Shown: positions 47,647 through 56,988, numbered from the stretch's first letter. The stretch is DNA of 64,000 bases from Bacteroidota bacterium (GCA_037144255.1 JBAWXE010000001.1:24866-88865); one strand, 5' to 3'. A program made the numbers and translations. Notes: generated by a model not told the origin, from the letters alone.

Positions 47647-48621
47647 ATGAGACATTCTACTAAGCAGGATTTTGAAATGATACTGGAAAGTATTACCGAC
47701 GGCTTTTTTATACTGGATAGGTCATGGCGATTTTCCTATATGAACTCCGCTTTTGAACGCATGTACCATTTTCGTAGAGAATTGTACATAGGTCGGGAAT
47801 ATTGGGAAGTGTTCCCTAAGTCTATGGAGCGTTCCTTCGGACCTCAATTCCATAAGGCAGTGAAGGAGCAAATGTCCGTTCACTTCGAAGAATTCTCTCC
47901 TACTTTACAAAAATGGCTTTCCGTAAAGGCATACCCATTTCATGACGGATTGGCAATTTATTATAGAGATATTTCAGAAGAGAAAAAGGCTCGTGAAAAA
48001 ATAAAGGCTGATGAACACAACATGCGTCTGCTCATTAATAATACAGACGATCCTATTTGGGCCATTGATGTCAGTGCTAATATTATTCTATGTAATAATG
48101 CATTTAGTAAATGGATAGCTCACTTTATAGGCACAGAGTTACATAAAGGCGATAATGTACTTTCTTCAGAGTTTGGCAGGGCCTACATGGATAAGTTTGA
48201 GACTTGCTACAAAATGGCATTGGCAGGTAAGACATTTAGAGCAGTAGAAGATGTTATTATAGATGGCGAAAGAAAGTTCACTGCCATTCGTTTCCATCCT
48301 GTATACGATAGCAATGAAGTAATGATAGGTGTCAGTTGTTTTGCCCGAGACATTACCGAACAAAGAGAATATCTGGACAAAATAGAAGCTCAGAACAAAA
48401 CATTATTAGAGATAGCAGCAATAGAATCTCACAAGGTAAGAGGCCCTATAGCCAATATTCTTGGCCTGTTACAACTACTGAACAATGATGATATAACCGA
48501 CCCAATCAATAAGCAGGTGATAGAGGGTATCACTACTGTTACAGAAGGTCTGGATGAGATCATCACAGATATTGTTCGTAAATCCAACAGTATCTCTAAC
48601 AGATTAGGTATAGACAATTAG
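47647..48621 (+). CDS. Tandem PAS-domain protein with a HisKA-like helix but no ATPase domain
   Basis: Two PAS-like segments, then ESHKVRGPIANILGLLQLL (H-box-like). The protein ends about 60 aa later. Confidence 0.65.
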   Translation: MRHSTKQDFEMILESITDGFFILDRSWRFSYMNSAFERMYHFRRELYIGREYWEVFPKSMERSFGPQFHKAVKEQMSVHFEEFSPTLQKWLSVKAYPFHDGLAIYYRDISEEKKAREKIKADEHNMRLLINNTDDPIWAIDVSANIILCNNAFSKWIAHFIGTELHKGDNVLSSEFGRAYMDKFETCYKMALAGKTFRAVEDVIIDGERKFTAIRFHPVYDSNEVMIGVSCFARDITEQREYLDKIEAQNKTLLEIAAIESHKVRGPIANILGLLQLLNNDDITDPINKQVIEGITTVTEGLDEIITDIVRKSNSISNRLGIDN

Positions 48622-48622
48622 C

Positions 48623-49777
48623 CTACCCAAGCATCGGGTGTCGTTTGAATTCCTTACTCCTATCAAACAGATAACGATAGGTAGCTAGTCTTCGACTACG
48701 ATGTGTGCCAAGGTTCTCTGCAATGTTGATCATCTTAGGGTTGAAGTCGCCAATCCATTGCATTTCGTAGTCGTCATATTTAGGCGGGTGCTGTACTACT
48801 TTGGCTGCTTCTACTATTATATAAGCATCCACACCCTTACCCTGAAACTCCGGTATGACACCAAATACAAGCCCCACAAAACGGCTACACTTACCAAACT
48901 TCTGCATCCATAAGAAGCGCAGTTTCTCCAGCAAGCCGAATTTACCATTCAGGTGTTTGAAGAATTGGTTCAGATCGGGTAAGTTTACCCAAATGGCAAT
49001 AGGTTCGTGCTTGTAATAGGCAAACCAAATGATGTTCCTATCCATTACAGGTTTCATCTTTTGGAACATCTTCAGCACAGTACGTTCGTCCAGGCTCTTA
49101 CCGCCACCATGGCCGGCCCAAGCTCTGTTGTATACATGTGTGAAGTCTTTGGCATATTTACGCAGCTCTGATTTATTGATCCGTTCTGCTCTGTAATCTG
49201 TATCCTTGGCTATTTCTGCATGTCGTGTTTGATATTTATCAGGTAGTGTGTCCTGCACCTTCATACCGAAGCATACCTGATTGAAGTAGACTTGAAAGCC
49301 ATAGTTCTCAAACAGTTGTTGGTAGTAAGGGGCATTATAGTTCATGCAGTATAGAGGCTCAAAGAAGCCCTCAACCAGTAAGCCCCACCAGCGGTCGCGC
49401 TCACCAAAGTTGATGGGGCCATCCATAGCTTCCATGCCACGCTCTTGCAGCCATTGTTTACAATGATCGAATATAAAGTTGGCAGCTACCTGATCGTTCA
49501 CACACTCAAAGAAACCGAAACCACCTGTGGGCTGTTCCATCTTGTATTGCTTATTCACAAATGTGGCCACACGGCCTATGGCCTTATTGTTATCATCTCT
49601 CAGTATCCAGCGTACACATTCCCCTTTCTTGAAGAACTTGTTCTTAGTAGTATCAAATACCTCCTCTATATCCTTATCCAATGGACGGACCCAGTTCTTA
49701 TCATCTCTGTATAAGTCTACGGCTATTTGCAAGAACAGTTGCTTATCGGCAGCTGTGCTTACTTCCTGCATGTGCAT
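48623..49777 (-). CDS. Conserved hypothetical protein, possibly GNAT-fold acyltransferase-like
   Basis: 384 aa. The EFQGKGVDAYII segment fits the GNAT Q/RxxGxG/A motif. Confidence 0.4.
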   Translation of the reverse strand: MHMQEVSTAADKQLFLQIAVDLYRDDKNWVRPLDKDIEEVFDTTKNKFFKKGECVRWILRDDNNKAIGRVATFVNKQYKMEQPTGGFGFFECVNDQVAANFIFDHCKQWLQERGMEAMDGPINFGERDRWWGLLVEGFFEPLYCMNYNAPYYQQLFENYGFQVYFNQVCFGMKVQDTLPDKYQTRHAEIAKDTDYRAERINKSELRKYAKDFTHVYNRAWAGHGGGKSLDERTVLKMFQKMKPVMDRNIIWFAYYKHEPIAIWVNLPDLNQFFKHLNGKFGLLEKLRFLWMQKFGKCSRFVGLVFGVIPEFQGKGVDAYIIVEAAKVVQHPPKYDDYEMQWIGDFNPKMINIAENLGTHRSRRLATYRYLFDRSKEFKRHPMLG

Positions 49778-49832
49778 GTGCTATCTGCTTTTGGGGCTTT
49801 AAGATACGGAATTATGAAAAGCCATGAGCAGA

Positions 49833-50474
49833 CTAGCCCAGTTTCTTCAAATAATCCAGTACTTCGGCCTTAGAGTATTCCTTGGGATTGAGCTGTTGGC
49901 CATATACTTTGTTGATATAATATACCAGCCTCTTCTTAGGAAATGTGGTCCAGAAGGTATTCATATCCTCTATCTTGTTGTTGTAGGCTACTTTCATATC
50001 ATCCAGTTTTATGCCACGGTGGCTATAATCGAAAGTATAGGAATAGTCGTAGAGGCTGAGTTTGCCGGTATATACCAGCCTGTAAAATGTGTTTTCCTTA
50101 GCATCGAATTTGGTGAGGAACAGGCGTTGGTTATCCTTATCGGTAAGGTATAGGGTATGCAAGTTGGTATCTATGAGCTTGTATTTGGTGCCGGTACCTG
50201 CGGCATTAGTGATGGTTACTGTTTCCCCTTTTATATATAATGTGCCTCGTAATGTATCGTTGTTGTATACCGCGTAACCATTGTAATTCGTTTTGCGTAT
50301 TTCATCAAATTTGTTGAAGTAATTATGGCTATGGGATGTAATTAACAAATAGCCACCACCGCCATGTGCGCATGTGTGGCCGCTATGCGCGCAGGCATGA
50401 GCGGCGGAGAATGTAAAACCCGCCATGGGGGATAGTATGAGAAGACAAATAAGGATAATGGTTAGCGTTTTCAT
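49833..50474 (-). CDS. Secreted hypothetical protein with N-terminal His/Cys cluster
   Basis: ATG at 50474 (MKTLTIILICLLILSPMAG...). Mature N-terminus AAHACAHSGHTCAHGGGG. Confidence 0.5.
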   Translation of the reverse strand: MKTLTIILICLLILSPMAGFTFSAAHACAHSGHTCAHGGGGYLLITSHSHNYFNKFDEIRKTNYNGYAVYNNDTLRGTLYIKGETVTITNAAGTGTKYKLIDTNLHTLYLTDKDNQRLFLTKFDAKENTFYRLVYTGKLSLYDYSYTFDYSHRGIKLDDMKVAYNNKIEDMNTFWTTFPKKRLVYYINKVYGQQLNPKEYSKAEVLDYLKKLG

Positions 50475-50598
50475 ATGCTGTTTTTTACAAAAATGAATAA
50501 GTGCCAGTTTGACCAAAATTAGACAACTTAGTTTAATGGCAGATTTTAGCAAAGCATATTTAGGGTTTCTTTTTGATTTTTGATTAGATTGCTGTCTT

Positions 50599-52632
50599 AT
50601 GCAATGGCTATTCGTAATTCTGGCTGTGCTTTTGTCGTTAGGAGCAGGTTATTGGGTGTATCGCGCTGATAAGAAGCGAGCAGTGCCCTATCCGTGGATC
50701 ACATCCTTACTTCGCACATTGGTGGTATTCCTTACTTTACTGTTACTGGTGATGCCTGCCATCACTATATCGCGCAATGAAGTGCAGAAGCCTGTGGTAT
50801 TGTTCCTGCAGGATGATTCGCGCTCTATAGCACAGGCACTGAAAGCGGATACTACTACATACCGCAAGAATGCAGAAGCATTACTGGCCAAACTAAGCGA
50901 CAAGTACAGAGTGGTGAAATGGGGTTTTGGTAATACAGTAACAGCAGATAGCCTGTATCACTACAAACAATCGGCTACAGATATAGCTACTGCACTGAGC
51001 AGGGCGCAAGAGTTCTACGGGCAACAAAATCTGGGAGCTATCATACTGGCTACAGACGGGCATTTCAACGAAGGTGCTAATCCGCAATACCAGAGCTTAT
51101 CGCTGCACAATCCTGTGTACACAGTAGCACTGGGCGACAGTGCCGCAGAAAAGGACCTGCGCATCACACAAGTATATGCCAATAAGAGAGTATCGCTGAA
51201 TAGCCAGTTTGAGATAAGAGGAGATATGGTGGCTACACTGTGCAAGGGCTATCAGAATGATGTGCGCCTGCAAGAAGTAGATGGAAGCATACTAGGCAAT
51301 AGTGCATTGAACATCATCAGTGATAGGTACGATCATTCGGTATCGTTTACTGTAAAGGCAGAGAAAGCAGGTTTACATCATTATATCATCAGTGTGCCGG
51401 TGGCAGATGGTGAGCAGAATGTGGCCAATAACCGCAGAGATGTATTTGTAGAAGTAGTAGACGAGAAGAAGAATATACTGATAGTATCAGCAGCACCTCA
51501 CCCCGATGTGAATGCTATAAAAGAAGCCCTGAGCAGCCTGGAAGGATATACGATAACAGTAAAGACGATAGATAATTTCCCTGCATCGCTGAGCGAGTAT
51601 AATGTAATCGTACTGCACGGGCTACCCTCTGTGAACAGTAATATAGTACCGCAACTACAGGCTGCTAAAAAGCCTACATGGTATATACTGAGCAGCCAGA
51701 CAGGAGTAGCTAATATAGCAGCATTGCAAAAGCCGGCTACATTGAATATAAGCCAAGGACAATTGCAAGATCAGTTTGCTACACTGAATACAGCTTTTAC
51801 AGGATTTACACTGCCACAGAAAACACAAGCGGTGATGGATAAGATGCCACCGCTCGGTATGCTATCAGGTAATATACAAGCTATGCCCGATGCTATGGTC
51901 CTCTTTCGCCAGCGTAATAATGCCACACAGCCGGTATGGATGCTGAAACAAGGTGCAGTGCCTACAGCAATGCTGGCAGGTGAGGGTATATGGCGCTGGA
52001 GACTGTATGAGTACAGGCAGTTTGGACAGCATACGGTAGTAGATGAGTGCATCAGGCAAACAGTTTCATTTCTCTGTGCTACTAATGAAAAACCTTTTCG
52101 TGTGGAGCTGCCTAAGTATGTATGGAGCGACCAGGAATCTATAACACTGAATGCCTACCTGCTGAATGCCAATAATGAACAAGTAAATACACCCGAAGCA
52201 CAACTGGCCATAACAGACAGTGCCGGGCGCAAACAAAACTACTCGCTGGAAAGAGCGGGGAATGCCTACCGCATAAATATAGGTGTATGGGCAGGTGGTA
52301 CTTATACCTATACCGCGCATGTAAACTATGATGGTAAGGAACATGCAGTGAACGGGAGTTTTGTAGTGGAGAGCGTGCCACTGGAACTGATGGAGACAGG
52401 TGCTGACTACTCCCTGCTATACGGGCTGGCTAAAAAGTACAGCGGTGCGTTTGTACCAGCTAAAAATATCTCTTATCTGTATGACAGCATTAGCCATAAT
52501 ACGAGCATAAAACCTGTGATACAAACCAATACGGAGACCGTACCTTTGGTAGACTGGAAATGGTTCTTCTTCCTGATACTAGCCATAGCTGTGGGAGAAT
52601 GGCTGCTACGTAAATACTGGCTGGCACAGTAA
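50599..52632 (+). CDS. Large membrane protein with an N-terminal double-TM (BatA-like) anchor and a C-terminal TM helix
   Basis: 677 aa. The two-TM N-terminus followed by VVLFLQDDSRS is reminiscent of the Bacteroidota aerotolerance/vWA-like family. C-terminal TM helix. Confidence 0.45.
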   Translation: MQWLFVILAVLLSLGAGYWVYRADKKRAVPYPWITSLLRTLVVFLTLLLLVMPAITISRNEVQKPVVLFLQDDSRSIAQALKADTTTYRKNAEALLAKLSDKYRVVKWGFGNTVTADSLYHYKQSATDIATALSRAQEFYGQQNLGAIILATDGHFNEGANPQYQSLSLHNPVYTVALGDSAAEKDLRITQVYANKRVSLNSQFEIRGDMVATLCKGYQNDVRLQEVDGSILGNSALNIISDRYDHSVSFTVKAEKAGLHHYIISVPVADGEQNVANNRRDVFVEVVDEKKNILIVSAAPHPDVNAIKEALSSLEGYTITVKTIDNFPASLSEYNVIVLHGLPSVNSNIVPQLQAAKKPTWYILSSQTGVANIAALQKPATLNISQGQLQDQFATLNTAFTGFTLPQKTQAVMDKMPPLGMLSGNIQAMPDAMVLFRQRNNATQPVWMLKQGAVPTAMLAGEGIWRWRLYEYRQFGQHTVVDECIRQTVSFLCATNEKPFRVELPKYVWSDQESITLNAYLLNANNEQVNTPEAQLAITDSAGRKQNYSLERAGNAYRINIGVWAGGTYTYTAHVNYDGKEHAVNGSFVVESVPLELMETGADYSLLYGLAKKYSGAFVPAKNISYLYDSISHNTSIKPVIQTNTETVPLVDWKWFFFLILAIAVGEWLLRKYWLAQ

Positions 52633-52667
52633 GGGAATATTGATAAGTTGTATTAATCTATGATGCA

Positions 52668-53210
52668 ATGAAAAAGTTGTTTGTATTTTTATCAGTAAGC
52701 ATAGTACTGACAGCGTGCAAAAACACGCCTAGCGGAAGCACCTCTAATGCAGACAGCATTAAAGTACCTATAAACAAAACAGACTCCTCACAAAACGCTA
52801 TTGCTGATACTGAAAATGATTTTGCAGACTATTATGTTGCTATAGTTGATAAGGGTTATGACTATTATGCACTTGACAGATTGATGTATAGCATCGGTAA
52901 TGCTTTGCATATGAAAGTAGATACACTGGGACGGTACTATAATGCAATAAAAAAGGAGATAGTATTGCCGGAAAATGATGAAGATGAAATGTACAGAGGT
53001 GAGTATTACCCAAGAAGAGATGGTGATGATTTCTTGAGTATCGAGCGTACGACCCTGTATGATAGTACTGAAAAAGAAGGTAATATGTGCCTAGTGGCAG
53101 GTTTATTTACCAATAAGCAAAGTGCTGACTCTGTACTGCAAGCGATAAAGCCTATAAGTGGTAATGGTTATGTAGTCAAGGCTAGTATTTATATGGGATG
53201 TTTACATTGA
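52668..53210 (+). CDS. Hypothetical lipoprotein (possible SPOR-like C-terminus)
   Basis: 180 aa with lipobox LTAC. C-terminal LVAGLFTNKQSADSVLQAIK...GYVVKA resembles SPOR. Confidence 0.4.
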   Translation: MKKLFVFLSVSIVLTACKNTPSGSTSNADSIKVPINKTDSSQNAIADTENDFADYYVAIVDKGYDYYALDRLMYSIGNALHMKVDTLGRYYNAIKKEIVLPENDEDEMYRGEYYPRRDGDDFLSIERTTLYDSTEKEGNMCLVAGLFTNKQSADSVLQAIKPISGNGYVVKASIYMGCLH

Positions 53211-53261
53211 GTACACTTCTGTCGAGCTAATAATAACGGATAAATATTTAATCGACTGATT

Positions 53262-53939
53262 ATGTTTTATGTGTATTCGCTTTTATTCCCAATATTAATA
53301 CTAGAGGTTAACTATGTATTGAAACCTCCGAAGGATAGGAGCTTTCCTGCTCATATACATACTTTGCTACGTGTGTTGCTTTGTGAATGGGTGTACACAT
53401 TTCTTATCTATTATATGGAGCTTGCAGAAAAGATAAATTCAGGATGGATATTCTATACACTGTGTTTTTTCTTAGCGCCAATAACTGTAATTATTTTATT
53501 GATAAAACTGATTTTCTGGGTTAAAAATAAAAAAACGCTCCAGAATAGCGAAGCAATAAATAAGTCTGATTCAATGATGAGTATAATTAATGAATATAGT
53601 GATAAAGGTTATTATATAGCTTTGTTAGACGCAGTTAACTGCCCTACCTTAAATTCATTTGTTATACAAATTGGTGTAGCATTCCGTTTCCCTAGTTACT
53701 ATGGTAAGAATATGAATGCATTAGATGAGTGTATTAATGACCTCGACTGGCTAGAGGAGAAGAACTATGTATTGGTAGTATCACATTCTAAATTATTTCT
53801 TGCAAAAGAAACAAAGAAATTAAGAGAAGAAATGTGGCAATTACTTGAAAAGGTGAGATTTGAATGGGCTTCTGTGCCTAACTATGATGGCGAAGATATG
53901 TATAGAGAGAAAGCAGACTTTGTTATTATAAGACAGTAA
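53262..53939 (+). CDS. Barstar-like immunity domain with an in-frame N-terminal extension predicted to be membrane-spanning
   Basis: 225 aa. N-terminal ~95 aa is hydrophobic. C-terminal FPSYYGKNMNALDECINDL matches the barstar core LPEYYGENLDALWDCL. Internal ATGs at 53574 and 53577 would give a stand-alone barstar of about 120 aa. Confidence 0.65.
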   Translation: MFYVYSLLFPILILEVNYVLKPPKDRSFPAHIHTLLRVLLCEWVYTFLIYYMELAEKINSGWIFYTLCFFLAPITVIILLIKLIFWVKNKKTLQNSEAINKSDSMMSIINEYSDKGYYIALLDAVNCPTLNSFVIQIGVAFRFPSYYGKNMNALDECINDLDWLEEKNYVLVVSHSKLFLAKETKKLREEMWQLLEKVRFEWASVPNYDGEDMYREKADFVIIRQ

Positions 53940-53958
53940 TATTTATGCGAGAGTTATT

Positions 53959-55347
53959 TTACACCAAATGTCCTTCCCACCTAATACATTTTTCGGGGTA
54001 GCTGGCAGCGTGCTTGTATATAAGGTTGCGTATATAGTCGTTGTCCTGATAAGGTTCCAGTTGTTCCTGTAGTGCATCTATATTCTTCAGTGCCTTATCA
54101 GAATTGATATATCCCATACCATAAAAGCTACCTTGTTTTATCAGTATGCAGCTTTGCTCGGCCTCGCTACGGCCCATATCTACTAATGCAAAAGTGGGTA
54201 AGTGTTTCTGAATCCAGCTAATGGCCTGCGCTACTTTTTCGTTATATACCTCTGGTGTAGCAGTAGCCATACAAGTAGTACCTGTGCATGTGTCAGCAGC
54301 CTCGCCATTACTACAATCGGCATCTTTGGCAATATTGCATAAGCGGGCACACAGGCCAAACTCTGTAATGAGCTGTCGCAGCCAATGATGCCCTTCGGCA
54401 ATGGTATTGAAAGTATATACAGGTTTGAAGTGCTCTTTGTGTTTGTCTATAGCTAGTCGCAAATAACCTTGTCTGTCCTCGTAAGCAAAGAGGCCGAACT
54501 TAGGATGATAGCCTTTCTGACTGCGATTGTGTGCAGGCCATAGTTTGCGTATCTCTGTACTCTCCAGAATATGTGCCATCAGATCGGTAGCACAGGGTTT
54601 GTAAGTGATACGGAATATCTCCCGCAGGAAATCCTGTTTTTGTTTATTGGTCTTGTTGTTAGAGAAATGGCTTTTGATACGCTTCTGTAAATTTTTGGCC
54701 TTGCCTACATATATCACCTTGCCGGTAGCATTGTAGAAATAGTATACCCCCGGTGTAGCGGGTAAGCCGTCTACCTGTTCTACAGGTACATTAGGTGGCA
54801 GGTACTGTTCGCGGTTACGACCTTTGAGCATATCCAGCACGGCATTGTCCTTGTCGCGTTCCATAAGGTAAGTGAACAGATGTGCAGTAGCCATAGCATC
54901 GCCACCTGCACGGTGCCTATTGCCATGTGTGATCTCTAACTGATGGCAGAGCTTACCCAAACTATAGCTTTTAAGGCCAGGTACTATCTTACGACTAAGG
55001 CGGACGGTACATAATTTCTTTACATCCCAATCGTAACCCGCACGTTGTAGCTGGTACTTGATAAAAGAGTAATCGAAATTGACATTATGAGCTATGAATA
55101 TCTTATCGTGCAGTAGCTGGTATATCTGCTCAGCCACCTCATCGAAAGTAGGGGCATTAGCTACCATATCGTTGGTAATGCCTGTAAGACCCTGAATGAA
55201 GTACGGTATGGGTTGTTGAGGGTTGATGAGCGTTTCGTACAGATGCAGTATCTCCTGTCCATCGTGAATGACGATAGCTATCTCGGTAATGCCATTGCCT
55301 GAGGCCTGGCCACCTGTGGTTTCGATATCTACTACTGCATATAACAT
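53959..55347 (-). CDS. DnaQ-like 3'-5' exonuclease fused to a GIY-YIG (Cho/UvrC N-terminal-like) nuclease
   Basis: 462 aa. Exo motifs VVDIETTG, AHNVNFDYSF and HRAGGDA. GIY-YIG motif GVYYFYNATGKVIYVGKAKNLQKR. Cys cluster afterwards. Confidence 0.8.
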   Translation of the reverse strand: MLYAVVDIETTGGQASGNGITEIAIVIHDGQEILHLYETLINPQQPIPYFIQGLTGITNDMVANAPTFDEVAEQIYQLLHDKIFIAHNVNFDYSFIKYQLQRAGYDWDVKKLCTVRLSRKIVPGLKSYSLGKLCHQLEITHGNRHRAGGDAMATAHLFTYLMERDKDNAVLDMLKGRNREQYLPPNVPVEQVDGLPATPGVYYFYNATGKVIYVGKAKNLQKRIKSHFSNNKTNKQKQDFLREIFRITYKPCATDLMAHILESTEIRKLWPAHNRSQKGYHPKFGLFAYEDRQGYLRLAIDKHKEHFKPVYTFNTIAEGHHWLRQLITEFGLCARLCNIAKDADCSNGEAADTCTGTTCMATATPEVYNEKVAQAISWIQKHLPTFALVDMGRSEAEQSCILIKQGSFYGMGYINSDKALKNIDALQEQLEPYQDNDYIRNLIYKHAASYPEKCIRWEGHLV

Positions 55348-55438
55348 CTGTGCGCCTCAAATTGACTTAGCCGATGACAAGGCTAAGTATTGCTAAGTTA
55401 AGTTAAGAATCAACACAACAGATGGATATGTTGATATA

Positions 55439-55466
55439 AAAAAGCGGACCTCGTAAGAGGTCCGCC
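55439..55466 (-). terminator. Rho-independent terminator after hpf
   Basis: GCGGACCTC-TTAC-GAGGTCCGC followed by T6 on the minus strand. Confidence 0.8.
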
Positions 55467-55497
55467 TGAGATATAAATATATGGTAAGATGATATGG

Positions 55498-55797
55498 TTA
55501 TACCATCGCTTTTTCTTTTTGACGTTTTATCTGTGTGACCATAGAGTTGAAGGCAAGGTCGAAAGATTCTGCGAAATTTTTGCTTTCGTGCTTTACAAAG
55601 AGTGTATGTTTTGGTATCGTCACTTTTATCTCAGCCACTTTATCCTTTATCTGGTGCACTACATTGTCGAGGATCAAAAATACTTCTACACTGAGTATTT
55701 GGTCGTGGAAGGTGGAGAACTTTTGTACTTTTTCGTTTACATGTTCCATCAATTTAGTGTCTGCATCAAAATGCACGGTACGGATTTGCACATTCAT
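55498..55797 (-). CDS. hpf: Ribosome hibernation promoting factor / RaiA family
   Basis: 99 aa. The MNVQIRTVHFDADTKLMEHVNEKVQK pattern is typical of short HPF. Confidence 0.85.
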   Translation of the reverse strand: MNVQIRTVHFDADTKLMEHVNEKVQKFSTFHDQILSVEVFLILDNVVHQIKDKVAEIKVTIPKHTLFVKHESKNFAESFDLAFNSMVTQIKRQKEKAMV

Positions 55798-55825
55798 AAT
55801 TGAACTGTTTAAAAGGTTAACTTAT

Positions 55826-56716
55826 TTACCCACGGGGATGATTGAGTTTATGTATCTCCTTGAGTTTATCTATATTATTATGCGTATAAACTTGTGTGGC
55901 TGCCAGGCTGCTATGGCCCAAGAGGTCTTTTATAGCCTGTATATTGGCGCCGTTATTCAATAAGTGTGTAGCGAAAGTGTGACGCAATACGTGCGGGCTT
56001 CTTTTTTTGAGAGTAGAGGTCATGGTCAGGTATTTTTTGACCACCCTGTATACATAGCCTGCATATAAAGGTTCGCCACTTTCTAGTACTAACAGGTGTT
56101 TATCGTCATTGGCTATGAGTTTCTTTTTTTCAGTGATATAATTTTTTATTTTGTCCAGTAGCACTGGGCTTACCGGTACTAAACGTTCTTTGTTTCCTTT
56201 ACCTAATATACGAATTTGTTTGAGGCTCCATTCTATGTCTGTTTCTTTTAGTTGCAACAACTCAGAGCGACGCATTCCAGTTTGGTAAAGCAAATCGCAT
56301 ACCAATCTTTCTGTATTGCCTTTAAAACCTTCATCAAATTGCAATTCTTCCATCAAATGCTCTGTTTCGCTTTCCTTCATGAACACAGGTAAGCGTTCAG
56401 GCAGGCGCAAGGCATGCATTTGTCTAACGGGGTTTTTGTCAACTAATTGTCGACGCAATAAATATTTATAAAATGAATTTAGCGTGGAGATCTTTCGGTT
56501 GATGGTACGAGCGGATTGTTTGTCATCTTTGAGAGATGCTAACCAGCTACGAATGTGAAAATGTTCTATTTGTTTTGCGTCTTGACAATCGAACTGATGG
56601 AGCATGAAGGCTTTGAATTGCTCCAGGTCATTTGTATAAGCTGTTAGGGTGAGTGGAGAATATCTTCTCTCAAACCTAAGGTACTGCAGAAAAACCGCTT
56701 GCCATTGCTCTAACAT
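55826..56716 (-). CDS. XerC/XerD-family tyrosine recombinase
   Basis: 296 aa with the catalytic pattern R...HVLRHTFATHLL...GHSSLAATQVYTH. Sits between rpsU and hpf. Confidence 0.85.
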   Translation of the reverse strand: MLEQWQAVFLQYLRFERRYSPLTLTAYTNDLEQFKAFMLHQFDCQDAKQIEHFHIRSWLASLKDDKQSARTINRKISTLNSFYKYLLRRQLVDKNPVRQMHALRLPERLPVFMKESETEHLMEELQFDEGFKGNTERLVCDLLYQTGMRRSELLQLKETDIEWSLKQIRILGKGNKERLVPVSPVLLDKIKNYITEKKKLIANDDKHLLVLESGEPLYAGYVYRVVKKYLTMTSTLKKRSPHVLRHTFATHLLNNGANIQAIKDLLGHSSLAATQVYTHNNIDKLKEIHKLNHPRG

Positions 56717-56721
56717 AGAAA

Positions 56722-56761
56722 TACCTGCTATTGTAAATATACAAATTTACAATAGCAGGTA
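56722..56761 (-). promoter_or_regulatory. 17 bp perfect intercistronic hairpin between rpsU and the recombinase gene
   Basis: TACCTGCTATTGTAAAT / ATTTACAATAGCAGGTA with a 6 nt loop. Its base lies 5 nt from the recombinase ATG. Confidence 0.6.
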
Positions 56762-56790
56762 CAAATCTTATTTATGAGAATAAGTTAGGA

Positions 56791-56988
56791 TTAATCCTCG
56801 AATTTTCCGGCTGCCATTTGTTGGCGGTATACGGCTTTCAGAACTTCAGTACGGCGTCTAATAGATGGCTTAGTGAAAAACTGACGGTCACGTAATTGAT
56901 TGAGAATGCGCGATTTTTCATACTTTTTCTTGTATTTCTTAAGCGCTTTGTCAATGTTTTCGCAATCTTTTGAATCTATGATCAACAT
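56791..56988 (-). CDS. rpsU: 30S ribosomal protein S21
   Basis: 65 aa, basic. KALKKYKKKYEKSRILNQLRDRQFFTKPSIRRR. Confidence 0.9.
   Translation of the reverse strand: MLIIDSKDCENIDKALKKYKKKYEKSRILNQLRDRQFFTKPSIRRRTEVLKAVYRQQMAAGKFED

Noticed and set aside
55826-56716. Tyrosine recombinase as a marker of an integrated mobile element
   Set aside because: It sits in the rpsU-recombinase-hpf arrangement that I recognise as conserved in Bacteroidota. There is no flanking tRNA, no direct repeats, and no mobility or cargo genes.
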